Positions 1 through 9,273 of a stretch of 64,000 nt of DNA are shown here, piece by piece. The notes beneath the pieces are model-generated. The model saw nothing but the letters and a program-made list of their open reading frames with translations. It was not told the DNA's origin and did not search any database. The position numbers and the translations under genes were made by a program. Source of the DNA: a virus; IMG/VR virus record IMGVR_UViG_3300031603_000003, positions 15,542-79,541 of that record; one strand, 5' to 3'. Within the stretch, counting starts at the first letter, position 1, and each line of letters opens with the position of its first letter.

Positions 1-1295
1 TCTGACACATTGTTAGGTACTGCCAGAGTTGCAACCCCAGCTCTAACATTGACGGTATTAGAGAAGTCGGTTAACTCATCCTCGTACCCGATGTGTATCT
101 TGGCAGTTGTTACGTTGTTAGGTAAATCTTGCCATACAATACTCGTATCTCTTAGATGTAGATTAGCTCCACCTATATCAGTTGCATAGTGTTCAGTTAA
201 CTGAGTCTCGGTCAACTTAGCGTACGAGATCTGTACTGAAGTGCCAGCTGGTTGGTATACCTTGGTGTCTAGTAGATAATGTCCCACCAATGGACTACCC
301 ATTGTTGAGTTTGCGCCAGGAGTGAGGTACAGGGGTAGGGAATAGAACGTTCCAGAACTATTATAGCTACCACTCTGGAACTCGACATTACTTACTTTGA
401 GATTCATGTCGTGCCCTGGGACTAAGAATCTTAACCGTACAGTTTGTGTTTGTATGTTCATAAAGTAATTTAGATTGCCGTTGCTGGTTACGGTGTCCAG
501 GTCTACCCACTGTTCAGTATTCGGATCGATGTACGATATAGATATAGTAGCCGGTGTGCTTGCCACCTTGATGGCCTGCAGTGTTGGCATGAATTTTAGT
601 ATATCAAACTCTTCCATTTCTAATATGTCTGGCGGAATATTATCAAGCCCTGGTACTGGAAACGCAAAGAACAGATCGGTACCTACCCACGTGGAGGAGT
701 TCGATCTAACACTGGCGGTAAAAGTCTTATGTTGTTTGAGACCAGTAGGATTGCTTAAAGTTTCCCGGGTCAAAGACCCGGACTGACTAACCGGTGCAGC
801 TGTAACAGTCCACGCGGCGTCAGATGAAGTTGGTAGTGGTGGTGGGAACTCCTTTAGGGAGTTCTTCAACGTAATGGATGCTTGGTCTTGGGCTATGTTA
901 GTGGAGCAGCTAGCCTGCGGAGGAACACCAGAGTATATTACCGCGACGGCAGACTCATTGTCTGACACTGCTTGCACATAGTCCATGACTTCTGCTGCTT
1001 TAAGCTTTATATCTTCGTGCTCCTTCAGGAATGATAGTTCCAGCGCATCTAAATCGTAGGTGTACGTACGTAGCAGTTCGACGATGTCTCTGGTGTCTAC
1101 TAGTAATCCGGACAGTACCTGGTGAAGCTTGGCCGCACTCGACGTTGCACCTTGTAAAGGTAGTAATGGTTTAGTTTGAAACTTAAAAGGAGTGGCAATT
1201 GCTTCGTCAATTTCTCTAGCTGTAGGCATACGGCCATTCTTATGTAGATATGCTTCTATGTATATTTGAAGTACTTGTTCTTTACGCTTACCCAT
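1..1295 (-). CDS. Virion structural protein, 3'-truncated by window edge (>431 aa; missing from ORF track)
   Basis: ATG at 1295 overlaps the upstream TAA (TAATG). Reads MGKRKEQVLQIYIEAYLHKNGRMPTAREIDEAIA... with no stop seen before base 1. Helical N-terminus resembles that of 6076..7719. Confidence 0.85.
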   Translation of the reverse strand, partial: MGKRKEQVLQIYIEAYLHKNGRMPTAREIDEAIATPFKFQTKPLLPLQGATSSAAKLHQVLSGLLVDTRDIVELLRTYTYDLDALELSFLKEHEDIKLKAAEVMDYVQAVSDNESAVAVIYSGVPPQASCSTNIAQDQASITLKNSLKEFPPPLPTSSDAAWTVTAAPVSQSGSLTRETLSNPTGLKQHKTFTASVRSNSSTWVGTDLFFAFPVPGLDNIPPDILEMEEFDILKFMPTLQAIKVASTPATISISYIDPNTEQWVDLDTVTSNGNLNYFMNIQTQTVRLRFLVPGHDMNLKVSNVEFQSGSYNSSGTFYSLPLYLTPGANSTMGSPLVGHYLLDTKVYQPAGTSVQISYAKLTETQLTEHYATDIGGANLHLRDTSIVWQDLPNNVTTAKIHIGYEDELTDFSNTVNVRAGVATLAVPNNVS

Positions 1296-3325
1296 TATAA
1301 TACTTCCTGATCTGCATAAATAATACGTGCTCTAATACCGGTTACTACTGGTGTGATATTGATATCCGCCGCTGGGCGTGTAATACGCACCCGCACAGTA
1401 CAATGTTGTGTTTCATCTGTGTCTACGAATCCCTGCCCTGACGCTCGTGTGCGATCAACCTCGGACAATATACTGTTGTAGTAGTATAGCGAAGGAGCAA
1501 CACCATCAAGGTTGAGTGGAGAAATCTCATGTTCGATGCCATCCACTACTAAGTAGTATGATATAGATGGTACTACGAATGGATTAAATCCTTCTACGGA
1601 TATACCTACCGCGCTGATATGTTTGTTATCAGCTATATTGAAATCTATGTCATGATCAGTAGCACTTTCATATACTACCCGGGACGCGGCGAAGGGTCCA
1701 CTAGTTTCTATAGTTCTAGTGGTATATACATTAGTACTAGGATCTGCTACTAAAGTTGTGGGTTCGGTGTCCGAGATAGAAGAGAAGACGCCTGAAGCAT
1801 TAACTTGTAGAGAACCTATCGCATCGGATCCAATCGCGTAAGCAAAGCTAATGGCGTTATTAACATACGTACCAGTGATGGTCCAGTTACGTTCTAGTTC
1901 AGACTCAGTGAGGTTCGTGAACGCTACAACAATGCTACTAGCGCCACCGCTATTGTCCTCGGTGTGGGTAGAGGAGCCGGACGAGACAACCAGTTCCGTG
2001 ATATTAGTAGTACTGTTAATAGTAAAGTCTAAGTTAAACCGATCCGTGTTATCGGTGTTAATACTTATGGCATAGTTGATATCATCGGCAGTAAGACGTT
2101 CGAGTAATTTGAATACTGGTGTATCTAAAGGTACTGTTCCTGGGTCGTCGATAAGGGTTACGTACGGTACGGCCGAGGCGCCACTGTATAGGTTCTCGAG
2201 TGCAGTAGCAAAACTAACGTCACCGTATCCGGCACCATTGTTATCGATACCTTGGTACACGTATGTTTCTCTACCGTCCCCATCGATTAAGGAGGTTTCA
2301 GGTACTACCATGATACGGTACTCTGTATTAGGTATTAGTCCGTTGAAAGTTTGAGCTGCAGCTGCGGCTGGGTTAGTAGTGTTGATGGTTTTAGTAGCGG
2401 CGGTGCTCCACGATGCTCCATCCAACTTTTGTAGTGTGAGTGCAGCTTGAATTCGCTGTGATACTTCCGATGCTGATACCACGGTGGATGGTGTTGAACT
2501 GTATGTCTCTGAATTAAAGTACCAACCGTACAACTGATACTGCATCATTGTTCCATCGTAGTCGGAGGCAGGAAAAATATAGAAGATAGGGTAGGCACCG
2601 CTACGGTCAATGCTATCTACATTGAGTGGTTTAGTACGTATCCTGGAATTTAGTGTAGACACATCCGCACCGGTTAACGTAGAAGCAATTGCAGTGGCGA
2701 AAGCTTCCGGTTGATCATCATTAGCAGATAGGAATGGCGTTAAGCCTGACATGTACGCAGAAGTCGCGGAGTACACTTGGTACGCGCCGTCATCTGATTT
2801 TAACAACTTAATATCTTGTGCGTTACCTGAGTTATCTACAACTTGTGCTAGAACAACGAACCTACCTGTAATCATTTCGCCATTAGGTTGTATTAGGGAA
2901 ACTGGTATATCGGAAAAAGTTTGTAGATCAGTCCGCGCACCGTCATATGTAGTGTCGTTTAACCAGCCAACAAGTCCTTCTCCGCCTGCGGATAAATAAA
3001 CAGGAGACGGCCATAGATCATTACTCTTATTTTGTACTTGGTTTACAGGTACTACTGCGAAGTATACATTACCAGTATACGTATTAATTTGTTGTATTGT
3101 ACCGTTGTGTAGTACAGTCACAGAATCTGGAGTGCCTAATTCAGATGGAAATAATTGATTAAGCGCTGCAGTGCCAAAATCATAGTCGACTATGGATACT
3201 AAAATGTTTGGAGTCGTTAATGTTGGTGTGTTCTGTGAACTGTATGATCCATCTACCTTACGTGGACGTATCCAGGTAGGATCTATTAAGGTTGGATCAC
3301 ATACACTTACTCTGTTACTAGCCAT
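1295..3325 (-). CDS. Putative baseplate/appendage protein with FN3-like domain (676 aa)
   Basis: Long beta-rich, S/T-rich ORF coupled at both ends; FNGLIPNTEYRIMVV resembles the FN3 L-x-P-x-T-x-Y motif. Confidence 0.65.
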   Translation of the reverse strand: MASNRVSVCDPTLIDPTWIRPRKVDGSYSSQNTPTLTTPNILVSIVDYDFGTAALNQLFPSELGTPDSVTVLHNGTIQQINTYTGNVYFAVVPVNQVQNKSNDLWPSPVYLSAGGEGLVGWLNDTTYDGARTDLQTFSDIPVSLIQPNGEMITGRFVVLAQVVDNSGNAQDIKLLKSDDGAYQVYSATSAYMSGLTPFLSANDDQPEAFATAIASTLTGADVSTLNSRIRTKPLNVDSIDRSGAYPIFYIFPASDYDGTMMQYQLYGWYFNSETYSSTPSTVVSASEVSQRIQAALTLQKLDGASWSTAATKTINTTNPAAAAAQTFNGLIPNTEYRIMVVPETSLIDGDGRETYVYQGIDNNGAGYGDVSFATALENLYSGASAVPYVTLIDDPGTVPLDTPVFKLLERLTADDINYAISINTDNTDRFNLDFTINSTTNITELVVSSGSSTHTEDNSGGASSIVVAFTNLTESELERNWTITGTYVNNAISFAYAIGSDAIGSLQVNASGVFSSISDTEPTTLVADPSTNVYTTRTIETSGPFAASRVVYESATDHDIDFNIADNKHISAVGISVEGFNPFVVPSISYYLVVDGIEHEISPLNLDGVAPSLYYYNSILSEVDRTRASGQGFVDTDETQHCTVRVRITRPAADINITPVVTGIRARIIYADQEVL

Positions 3326-5061
3326 TATAGTACCGGCATTGGGTAGGGGTTAGTCATGCTGAAGTTAACAACCATAGCTTGGGCTGAAAGACTTGTATAG
3401 GGGTCTGCAACTGCTACGTGTGCTATACTGTTAGCGGTAGTGTAAAAAGGTGAACCGTTGTTCACATCGGATACATTGAATGGAGCGTTGGGCCACACGA
3501 ATGATCCAAATGTTTGTTCAGCACCGTCTGTTATATTAAAAGTTTTAGGTATAATGTCCATAGTTAATCCATATGTCTCTGGGTTCACCGTAGCTGACGC
3601 GGCGCGCGTCACGCTGTACAGGTTACCTTGCTTTCCTAAGAATGATATGGCAGAGGCTTCTAAGCTCATAGCCGTGGTGCCATCATTGTCTACAAGCTCA
3701 TAGGTGTCAGTTAAAAGGTAAGCGTAACGTACGAAGATGTATAATTTATAGGAAACATCAATCAAAGATATACTTGGAATTTGCTTTACGTAGTTCTCTA
3801 CCGCTGAACCGACAACCTCATAGATTGCAGAGTTTAAGTTAATAGCGGTGAAATATGGTGTAATCCATTCTCCAACGCCGGCTACGGCGTAGTCCGGTGT
3901 AACATCGGTGGGGGAATCATCTACCCGTGTGTACGGCATCAAAGTAGTAGGCCACTCCCAAGTAGACGCGAATGGTAATGTACCGGTGACGAATAAGAAT
4001 GGATTATTATCGCCATTGTACTGGAATGCTGGGTTAGGTGTATACACTTTAGACATAGGTTCTGAAGATATATCCCACCATCTATCGGTGTTCATGTTTA
4101 CAAAGTTTTGGCTTTGAGCGTACAACGTATGTGTTACTTGTGTTGTCCAGTCAGTATCACGCATTGGGTTACGAGTGTAGTGCATACTACTCTTGTCCGT
4201 TGCTAGGCGTCTGTACGTGAATACGGACTCTCCGTCTACCAGGGCTGATCCTACTTTAATCCACTCTTCTAAACCGGCTGGCAATACCCCACCGTCTGCG
4301 GGGTTCCATGGTGTATTAGGTGCTATGTTGCCAACAAATATAGAAGTAGATGTGGCGAACGTCTGAGGTATAGTTATAACGTATGGTTTATGTGAAAATG
4401 GATCACTTCGTACTAATGATGCGACGTACGTAACAACGTCACTATATACTGTTTCGCCTGCTGCAGTTATTATCTGTGATCGAAATTGATTACTATGTGT
4501 AGGCGATAAGTCTTCGAGTACAAACTCGTGTGTTCCTACCGCAGGTTGCCACCAAAATCGTTTAAGTTCCCAAGCACCAGCTGATCCGACTCTGTGCCAC
4601 AGTGTCATGGACAATGCGTCTGTTAGTACAAGGTCAATGCTTATAGCCAGAGTACCATCTAAGTATGTATCCCATACTGGAAATGTATTTGAAGCGTACG
4701 GTACTGGAGCAGAAAATGCACCCAGTGTCCACAGCGTTTGTAAACTTGTTTCCTGTGTCCATACGTTGGTATACTCGCTACCCTGTCCCGTGTACGGATC
4801 TTCGTCCTCGATGGTGGTTGAGAAGTTTGCTCTTAGTGCGTATTGATATCTGGTGAGTACAGTAGCAGCGTCGCCTAATATGGTGGCGGATGTGTATGAT
4901 ACCGCGGTGGGGGATATACCACTGACTACAGTGCCACCGGCGGCGTCGAGTATATCGAAGCTATCCAAATACACAGCGTCAGCGTTAGTAGGTATTTGCC
5001 ATTGAAGACTAAAGGAAGTAGGTCCAATATTTGTTGCTCTAAAGTTTACACTTAGACTCAT
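3325..5061 (-). CDS. FN3-domain virion structural protein (578 aa)
   Basis: N-terminal VNFRATNIGPTSFSLQW...TRYQYALRA is FN3-like; second FN3-like segment LEDLSPTHSNQFRS. Confidence 0.7.
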   Translation of the reverse strand: MSLSVNFRATNIGPTSFSLQWQIPTNADAVYLDSFDILDAAGGTVVSGISPTAVSYTSATILGDAATVLTRYQYALRANFSTTIEDEDPYTGQGSEYTNVWTQETSLQTLWTLGAFSAPVPYASNTFPVWDTYLDGTLAISIDLVLTDALSMTLWHRVGSAGAWELKRFWWQPAVGTHEFVLEDLSPTHSNQFRSQIITAAGETVYSDVVTYVASLVRSDPFSHKPYVITIPQTFATSTSIFVGNIAPNTPWNPADGGVLPAGLEEWIKVGSALVDGESVFTYRRLATDKSSMHYTRNPMRDTDWTTQVTHTLYAQSQNFVNMNTDRWWDISSEPMSKVYTPNPAFQYNGDNNPFLFVTGTLPFASTWEWPTTLMPYTRVDDSPTDVTPDYAVAGVGEWITPYFTAINLNSAIYEVVGSAVENYVKQIPSISLIDVSYKLYIFVRYAYLLTDTYELVDNDGTTAMSLEASAISFLGKQGNLYSVTRAASATVNPETYGLTMDIIPKTFNITDGAEQTFGSFVWPNAPFNVSDVNNGSPFYTTANSIAHVAVADPYTSLSAQAMVVNFSMTNPYPMPVL

Positions 5062-6092
5062 GTCATACTCCCTAGGGTGTTCAAAATAACATCAGTTAAC
5101 TGTGCGTACGTAACACGTCCACCTGCTTGTGCGCCAATGGTAAACAACCAGCCTTCATATACACCACCGAATGCCTCGGCTGTTATAGAATCTGTAGATA
5201 TATTCCATACTATAGATTGAATCATTGATGAAGGATTATCTACGAATATTAGTTGTTCGACATTCGGGTACACAAGAGTTTGTCCTTCCATCGTATTAAG
5301 TTCTACACTGCAATAAATAGATTCAGGTATAGGCGTGGAAATTAGTGATATTAACGAAGGTGTTTCTAACGTGGCTACTATCCTTAGAATACCATCTACA
5401 TACGTGTCAGCCATGTATGTTAGTTTAGGTTCGAGCTCCAAGGGTTCCTGGACTACAGGCTGCGATTCAGTCATCCCAACTTGCAAATCAATTACAGATA
5501 AATCTTTGTTCCGTTTAGCAAACTGTAGCTGTAGACCGGCTACGTTAGGTATGGATACGTTATTCTCAGTGAGCGGTATTACGGATGTTGACTGTATGTT
5601 CTGTATTTTACCTAGCATTAATGTTGGAAATGTAAGTACATTAGGTATCTTTACTGTAGAAAAGGGTAGGATCTCTACGTTAGTAGGGGTCAAGGTAAGT
5701 GGTTGTTCCAATATCTTATCGATGAAGCTTACAGCACCATTACCGGTACGCATAAGACGTTCTTGTACCTTAAGTCGGAGGCTCTCAACGATATAGTCTA
5801 ATTCATTAGTAGATATACCAGCTTGTAATATTGATACTCTAGTATCCAGGGCACCAAGGGCGGTAGTGGCTTCAACTAATGAGGAGTGTACTGCTGTGAA
5901 TATTGCATCTAATGGTTCTGGGCGCGCGATCTCCCCATCCACTGGTATGTGGAAGTATTCTTCCGCATCGAATAGTTCGTACAATCTGGATAGGATTAAC
6001 ATCAACCGCTGTTCGGTAGACTGTAACTGTTCGGACTCGAACGTGGTTAACGCTGATAAGTATGCTTCTTTTACTTTATTGAACGTGGTCAT
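5058..6092 (-). CDS. Virion structural protein, helical N-terminus (344 aa)
   Basis: ORF in the baseplate array, overlapping both neighbours; function inferred from position only. Confidence 0.6.
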   Translation of the reverse strand: MTTFNKVKEAYLSALTTFESEQLQSTEQRLMLILSRLYELFDAEEYFHIPVDGEIARPEPLDAIFTAVHSSLVEATTALGALDTRVSILQAGISTNELDYIVESLRLKVQERLMRTGNGAVSFIDKILEQPLTLTPTNVEILPFSTVKIPNVLTFPTLMLGKIQNIQSTSVIPLTENNVSIPNVAGLQLQFAKRNKDLSVIDLQVGMTESQPVVQEPLELEPKLTYMADTYVDGILRIVATLETPSLISLISTPIPESIYCSVELNTMEGQTLVYPNVEQLIFVDNPSSMIQSIVWNISTDSITAEAFGGVYEGWLFTIGAQAGGRVTYAQLTDVILNTLGSMT

Positions 6093-7719
6093 GTAAGTTC
6101 ACCATATATGCTTGTACCCATGAGTCGTAATCTGTAAACGTAAGCGTATAACTTACCGCAACAGCTTTAACATAATATGTTATGGCAAGGGTTTGCGTAG
6201 GGTCTAGTGCAATTGCATCCTTGAAGACAATTAATGATCCGAGTACAAAACATTCCAATGAGTTATCCGGAGAGAACTGTGGAAGCTCCCCGGGAGTAAG
6301 CGGCATGACCCTATAAGGTTCTGCGTCAATCTCATCTCCTGTAACGGTAACGATGTTCACGCTTAATTCGTTATCATTATCTACATACGGAAAATGCTCT
6401 AGTTGTACCGTGGTAGTACTATCTTCGATAGTTTCTACTACTTGTGTCACACTTGATGATGAATCAATATCTGTTACGCTACCGTTTGGTTGGTAATATG
6501 TGACTACTGGGTCTGGTACACCAGAGCCGTATACAACTATACTGCTAGACTCTAATGCTCCATTATAACTATAGAACTTAGGAGTTGTAAGCGTACCACT
6601 GCTAGTATCAGCTGGCGTCTTCAAGAACTTAACGTTATATAAACCCAATTCGTAATGATAATAGTCTGGCTGTTCTGCAGCATTACTGAATCCATTTGGA
6701 TCCTGCATGGCACCCACATACACATCTTGTTCCAAGTACTGATCGGCTAATATGGAAGCGTACGGTTTACGATCTGTGAAATGCATTACTTGCAAGTACA
6801 CTACTATGCGCTGTACCGCACTATCCGGTAAGCTAACCGTGATGTCTTTCTTAGGCAGTATAGTTCCAACAAGAACACCTCTGCTATCTTTGTGGATAGC
6901 TAGCGTACTACTAAGTGAATTACTGGATAGCACACTCAGTACACGTACAGGTTGCTGGAACTTTAGTTCCATTTCCTTAGGTGTTATTGTTGTGTCGCTG
7001 TTCTGGAATTCTATTCGCGCTACTGTGCCCGTAACACTGTAGAGATCTGCAGCAGTATCTGTTATTGATTCTAAGGTACTAACGTATAAAGGATAAGCTG
7101 GAATACTTTTCGTATACATATCTATTGACCAGGTAGCAGTACCCGGCCCTGACTTGAGTACACTCTGTACATCTCCGTTAGTAGACAACAGTACGCCATT
7201 GTTTAAATCAACGGCTGGATAAAAAGTTGTGGTGATGTCCATGTTAGTTAAATCCTGAGTTGGGATTCGATCCTTAGGAAGCCGTATAATATCACTGGAC
7301 ATGGTTACATTGGTGTACTCGGTATTTGCCAGCAAGTCTGGACCTTGAATAAAACGTATGTTGTCCTTATCACTATTGGTTAGTTGGGAAACAATACGTG
7401 TTAACCTGTAACTATAGTCGTCTACTATTGCACGCATACTTCCTTCGATGGCGAGGTATGAATTGTATATAGATTTCAGATGACCAAAGGACGCTATTAG
7501 ATCGACGAGTACGTTACGTACGTCACCTCTAAACTTTGAAGAGCTGGCAAGATTGCTGGAGTTATACTGAGATACTAAGATATTACCATTAGCATACCGT
7601 GCTAATAGTTGTGACTCAAGTGCTTGTACATCCAACGGATTAGTTATCTTAAACTGTTGGGCCATAGACTGCGCTAGCTTGCGCAGCTCTTGTGCTCTTA
7701 TTTCACTGTGTATTGGCAT
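6076..7719 (-). CDS. Virion structural protein, coiled-coil N-terminus plus beta-rich body (~547 aa)
   Basis: Long ORF; start placed at MPIHSEIRAQ (7719), ORF track start is 7737; function from context. Confidence 0.6.
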   Translation of the reverse strand: MPIHSEIRAQELRKLAQSMAQQFKITNPLDVQALESQLLARYANGNILVSQYNSSNLASSSKFRGDVRNVLVDLIASFGHLKSIYNSYLAIEGSMRAIVDDYSYRLTRIVSQLTNSDKDNIRFIQGPDLLANTEYTNVTMSSDIIRLPKDRIPTQDLTNMDITTTFYPAVDLNNGVLLSTNGDVQSVLKSGPGTATWSIDMYTKSIPAYPLYVSTLESITDTAADLYSVTGTVARIEFQNSDTTITPKEMELKFQQPVRVLSVLSSNSLSSTLAIHKDSRGVLVGTILPKKDITVSLPDSAVQRIVVYLQVMHFTDRKPYASILADQYLEQDVYVGAMQDPNGFSNAAEQPDYYHYELGLYNVKFLKTPADTSSGTLTTPKFYSYNGALESSSIVVYGSGVPDPVVTYYQPNGSVTDIDSSSSVTQVVETIEDSTTTVQLEHFPYVDNDNELSVNIVTVTGDEIDAEPYRVMPLTPGELPQFSPDNSLECFVLGSLIVFKDAIALDPTQTLAITYYVKAVAVSYTLTFTDYDSWVQAYMVNLHDHVQ

Positions 7720-9268
7720 TATCGAAGATGTCCTCATGTGTAAATATAATAGACTTAGCTGGATCTACGATTAGAACATACGAACCAACGGCAAGTACAT
7801 GTGATAAAATAGTATAGAAGTATTCTTTGTACGCATCCTTGACTAACTTCGCTGGGACTTCATCGTAAGCAGGTACTAACACCTTAGTAGAGCGTACTGT
7901 GTTCGCAATATCAATTGGTAGTTCGATTATCATTACCATAGATGGCACCGCTTCGCCTCCGTAAAACCCATAGTGGCTGTGTGATCGCCAGTCGATAACT
8001 TCTTTGTTTGCTGGGAGCTTAATACCGAGGCTTTGTTTACGTACATCTATCAAGCTTGGTGTAGTACGCTCTAAGTGTATTCTACCTAATGATAGGTCCG
8101 CAGTGGTAGGCCATGCTTCTTCCGCCCAGTCTGCACCTGCGTGTAGTTTGTTAGAGTGATGAGCATATCTGTAATATACTTTATTAGGACTACGTACGCT
8201 TATATACATATCACCATCAATTAGATTACGTTCTAGTTCTGCGCGATCATATGAACCACCGTGTATGTACAGCGGGTTGAGGTTGTCCGCAATTTCTCCC
8301 CACTTGGTGGAATCTATACCGTAACTAACGGTGAATGTATCGGTAGTAGTAATGTTCAGGTTGCGCAGAGATATTAACCCATAACGAGAACTGGCTGATT
8401 CAAATTCTATATCCGTTACCGGTACGCCGTTTACTTTGACGACGATGCCAGCACCTGCGGCGGCTAGAGCGGTAAGTGTGGGTTGCACCTTAAGTACACC
8501 ATTAACTTTGAATACGCAATCATCCTCGTCTAATTCTAAGATACCGTTACGATGAATGATTGGTACCTCTTCAAGCACAACCGAAGGACGTGGGTTTAAA
8601 TCAACAAGTGCCAGTGTAATAGGAGTGCCGTTAATTATGTGTGATCCTTTACGGATACGCGCTTTGTGAAATTGAAACTTATCAGGGGTAGACACCTTAA
8701 TGTTTACACTGTCCATGGGGGATAACGTAACCAACACTTCTGTACCCGGAGTTGGAGAAAAACCATCAACTGCACTGATGTCTTGCTGCGCAGAAGCTGT
8801 AGCAGTGTGTGGAAACTCAGGTAGCGGGTCAAGTAAAGCTTCACTGGTATTCAAAAGCGTGGTAACACCATCATCTGCCACCGTACTACACTTATATCTA
8901 ACTCGTATAGGCCCAACATATACCGAGGAGTCTATACTTATAGACGCTCCAGATACTTTAGCGTTAATGCGTAGTCCATTGACCGGGTGATAAACATCAG
9001 CGGATACAGGAAGTGCGGGTAAAGAATACATTATGTTAATTGCCGCAGTTCCTAACATCAATTCCATACCAGCTGCTGGTGTGAATGGTAACGTTATAGT
9101 ACCGTCTACGTTCACAGCCACAGAGTACTGCTGCGAAACTGGTAAGTCATGCACTGTAGGTTCGGAAGAAGTAAGCGTTACCATTGCAGCAACCGGGACA
9201 TTCAGCTCTGGGGCAAAAACGTCCTGGATACGAAAGCGAAGGTTAGCTGGTATTGCTGGGTTAGCCAT
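7703..9268 (-). CDS. Putative baseplate-associated structural protein (521 aa)
   Basis: Long beta-rich ORF within the baseplate array; function from context only. Confidence 0.6.
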   Translation of the reverse strand: MANPAIPANLRFRIQDVFAPELNVPVAAMVTLTSSEPTVHDLPVSQQYSVAVNVDGTITLPFTPAAGMELMLGTAAINIMYSLPALPVSADVYHPVNGLRINAKVSGASISIDSSVYVGPIRVRYKCSTVADDGVTTLLNTSEALLDPLPEFPHTATASAQQDISAVDGFSPTPGTEVLVTLSPMDSVNIKVSTPDKFQFHKARIRKGSHIINGTPITLALVDLNPRPSVVLEEVPIIHRNGILELDEDDCVFKVNGVLKVQPTLTALAAAGAGIVVKVNGVPVTDIEFESASSRYGLISLRNLNITTTDTFTVSYGIDSTKWGEIADNLNPLYIHGGSYDRAELERNLIDGDMYISVRSPNKVYYRYAHHSNKLHAGADWAEEAWPTTADLSLGRIHLERTTPSLIDVRKQSLGIKLPANKEVIDWRSHSHYGFYGGEAVPSMVMIIELPIDIANTVRSTKVLVPAYDEVPAKLVKDAYKEYFYTILSHVLAVGSYVLIVDPAKSIIFTHEDIFDNANTQ

Positions 9269-9273
9269 TTACG

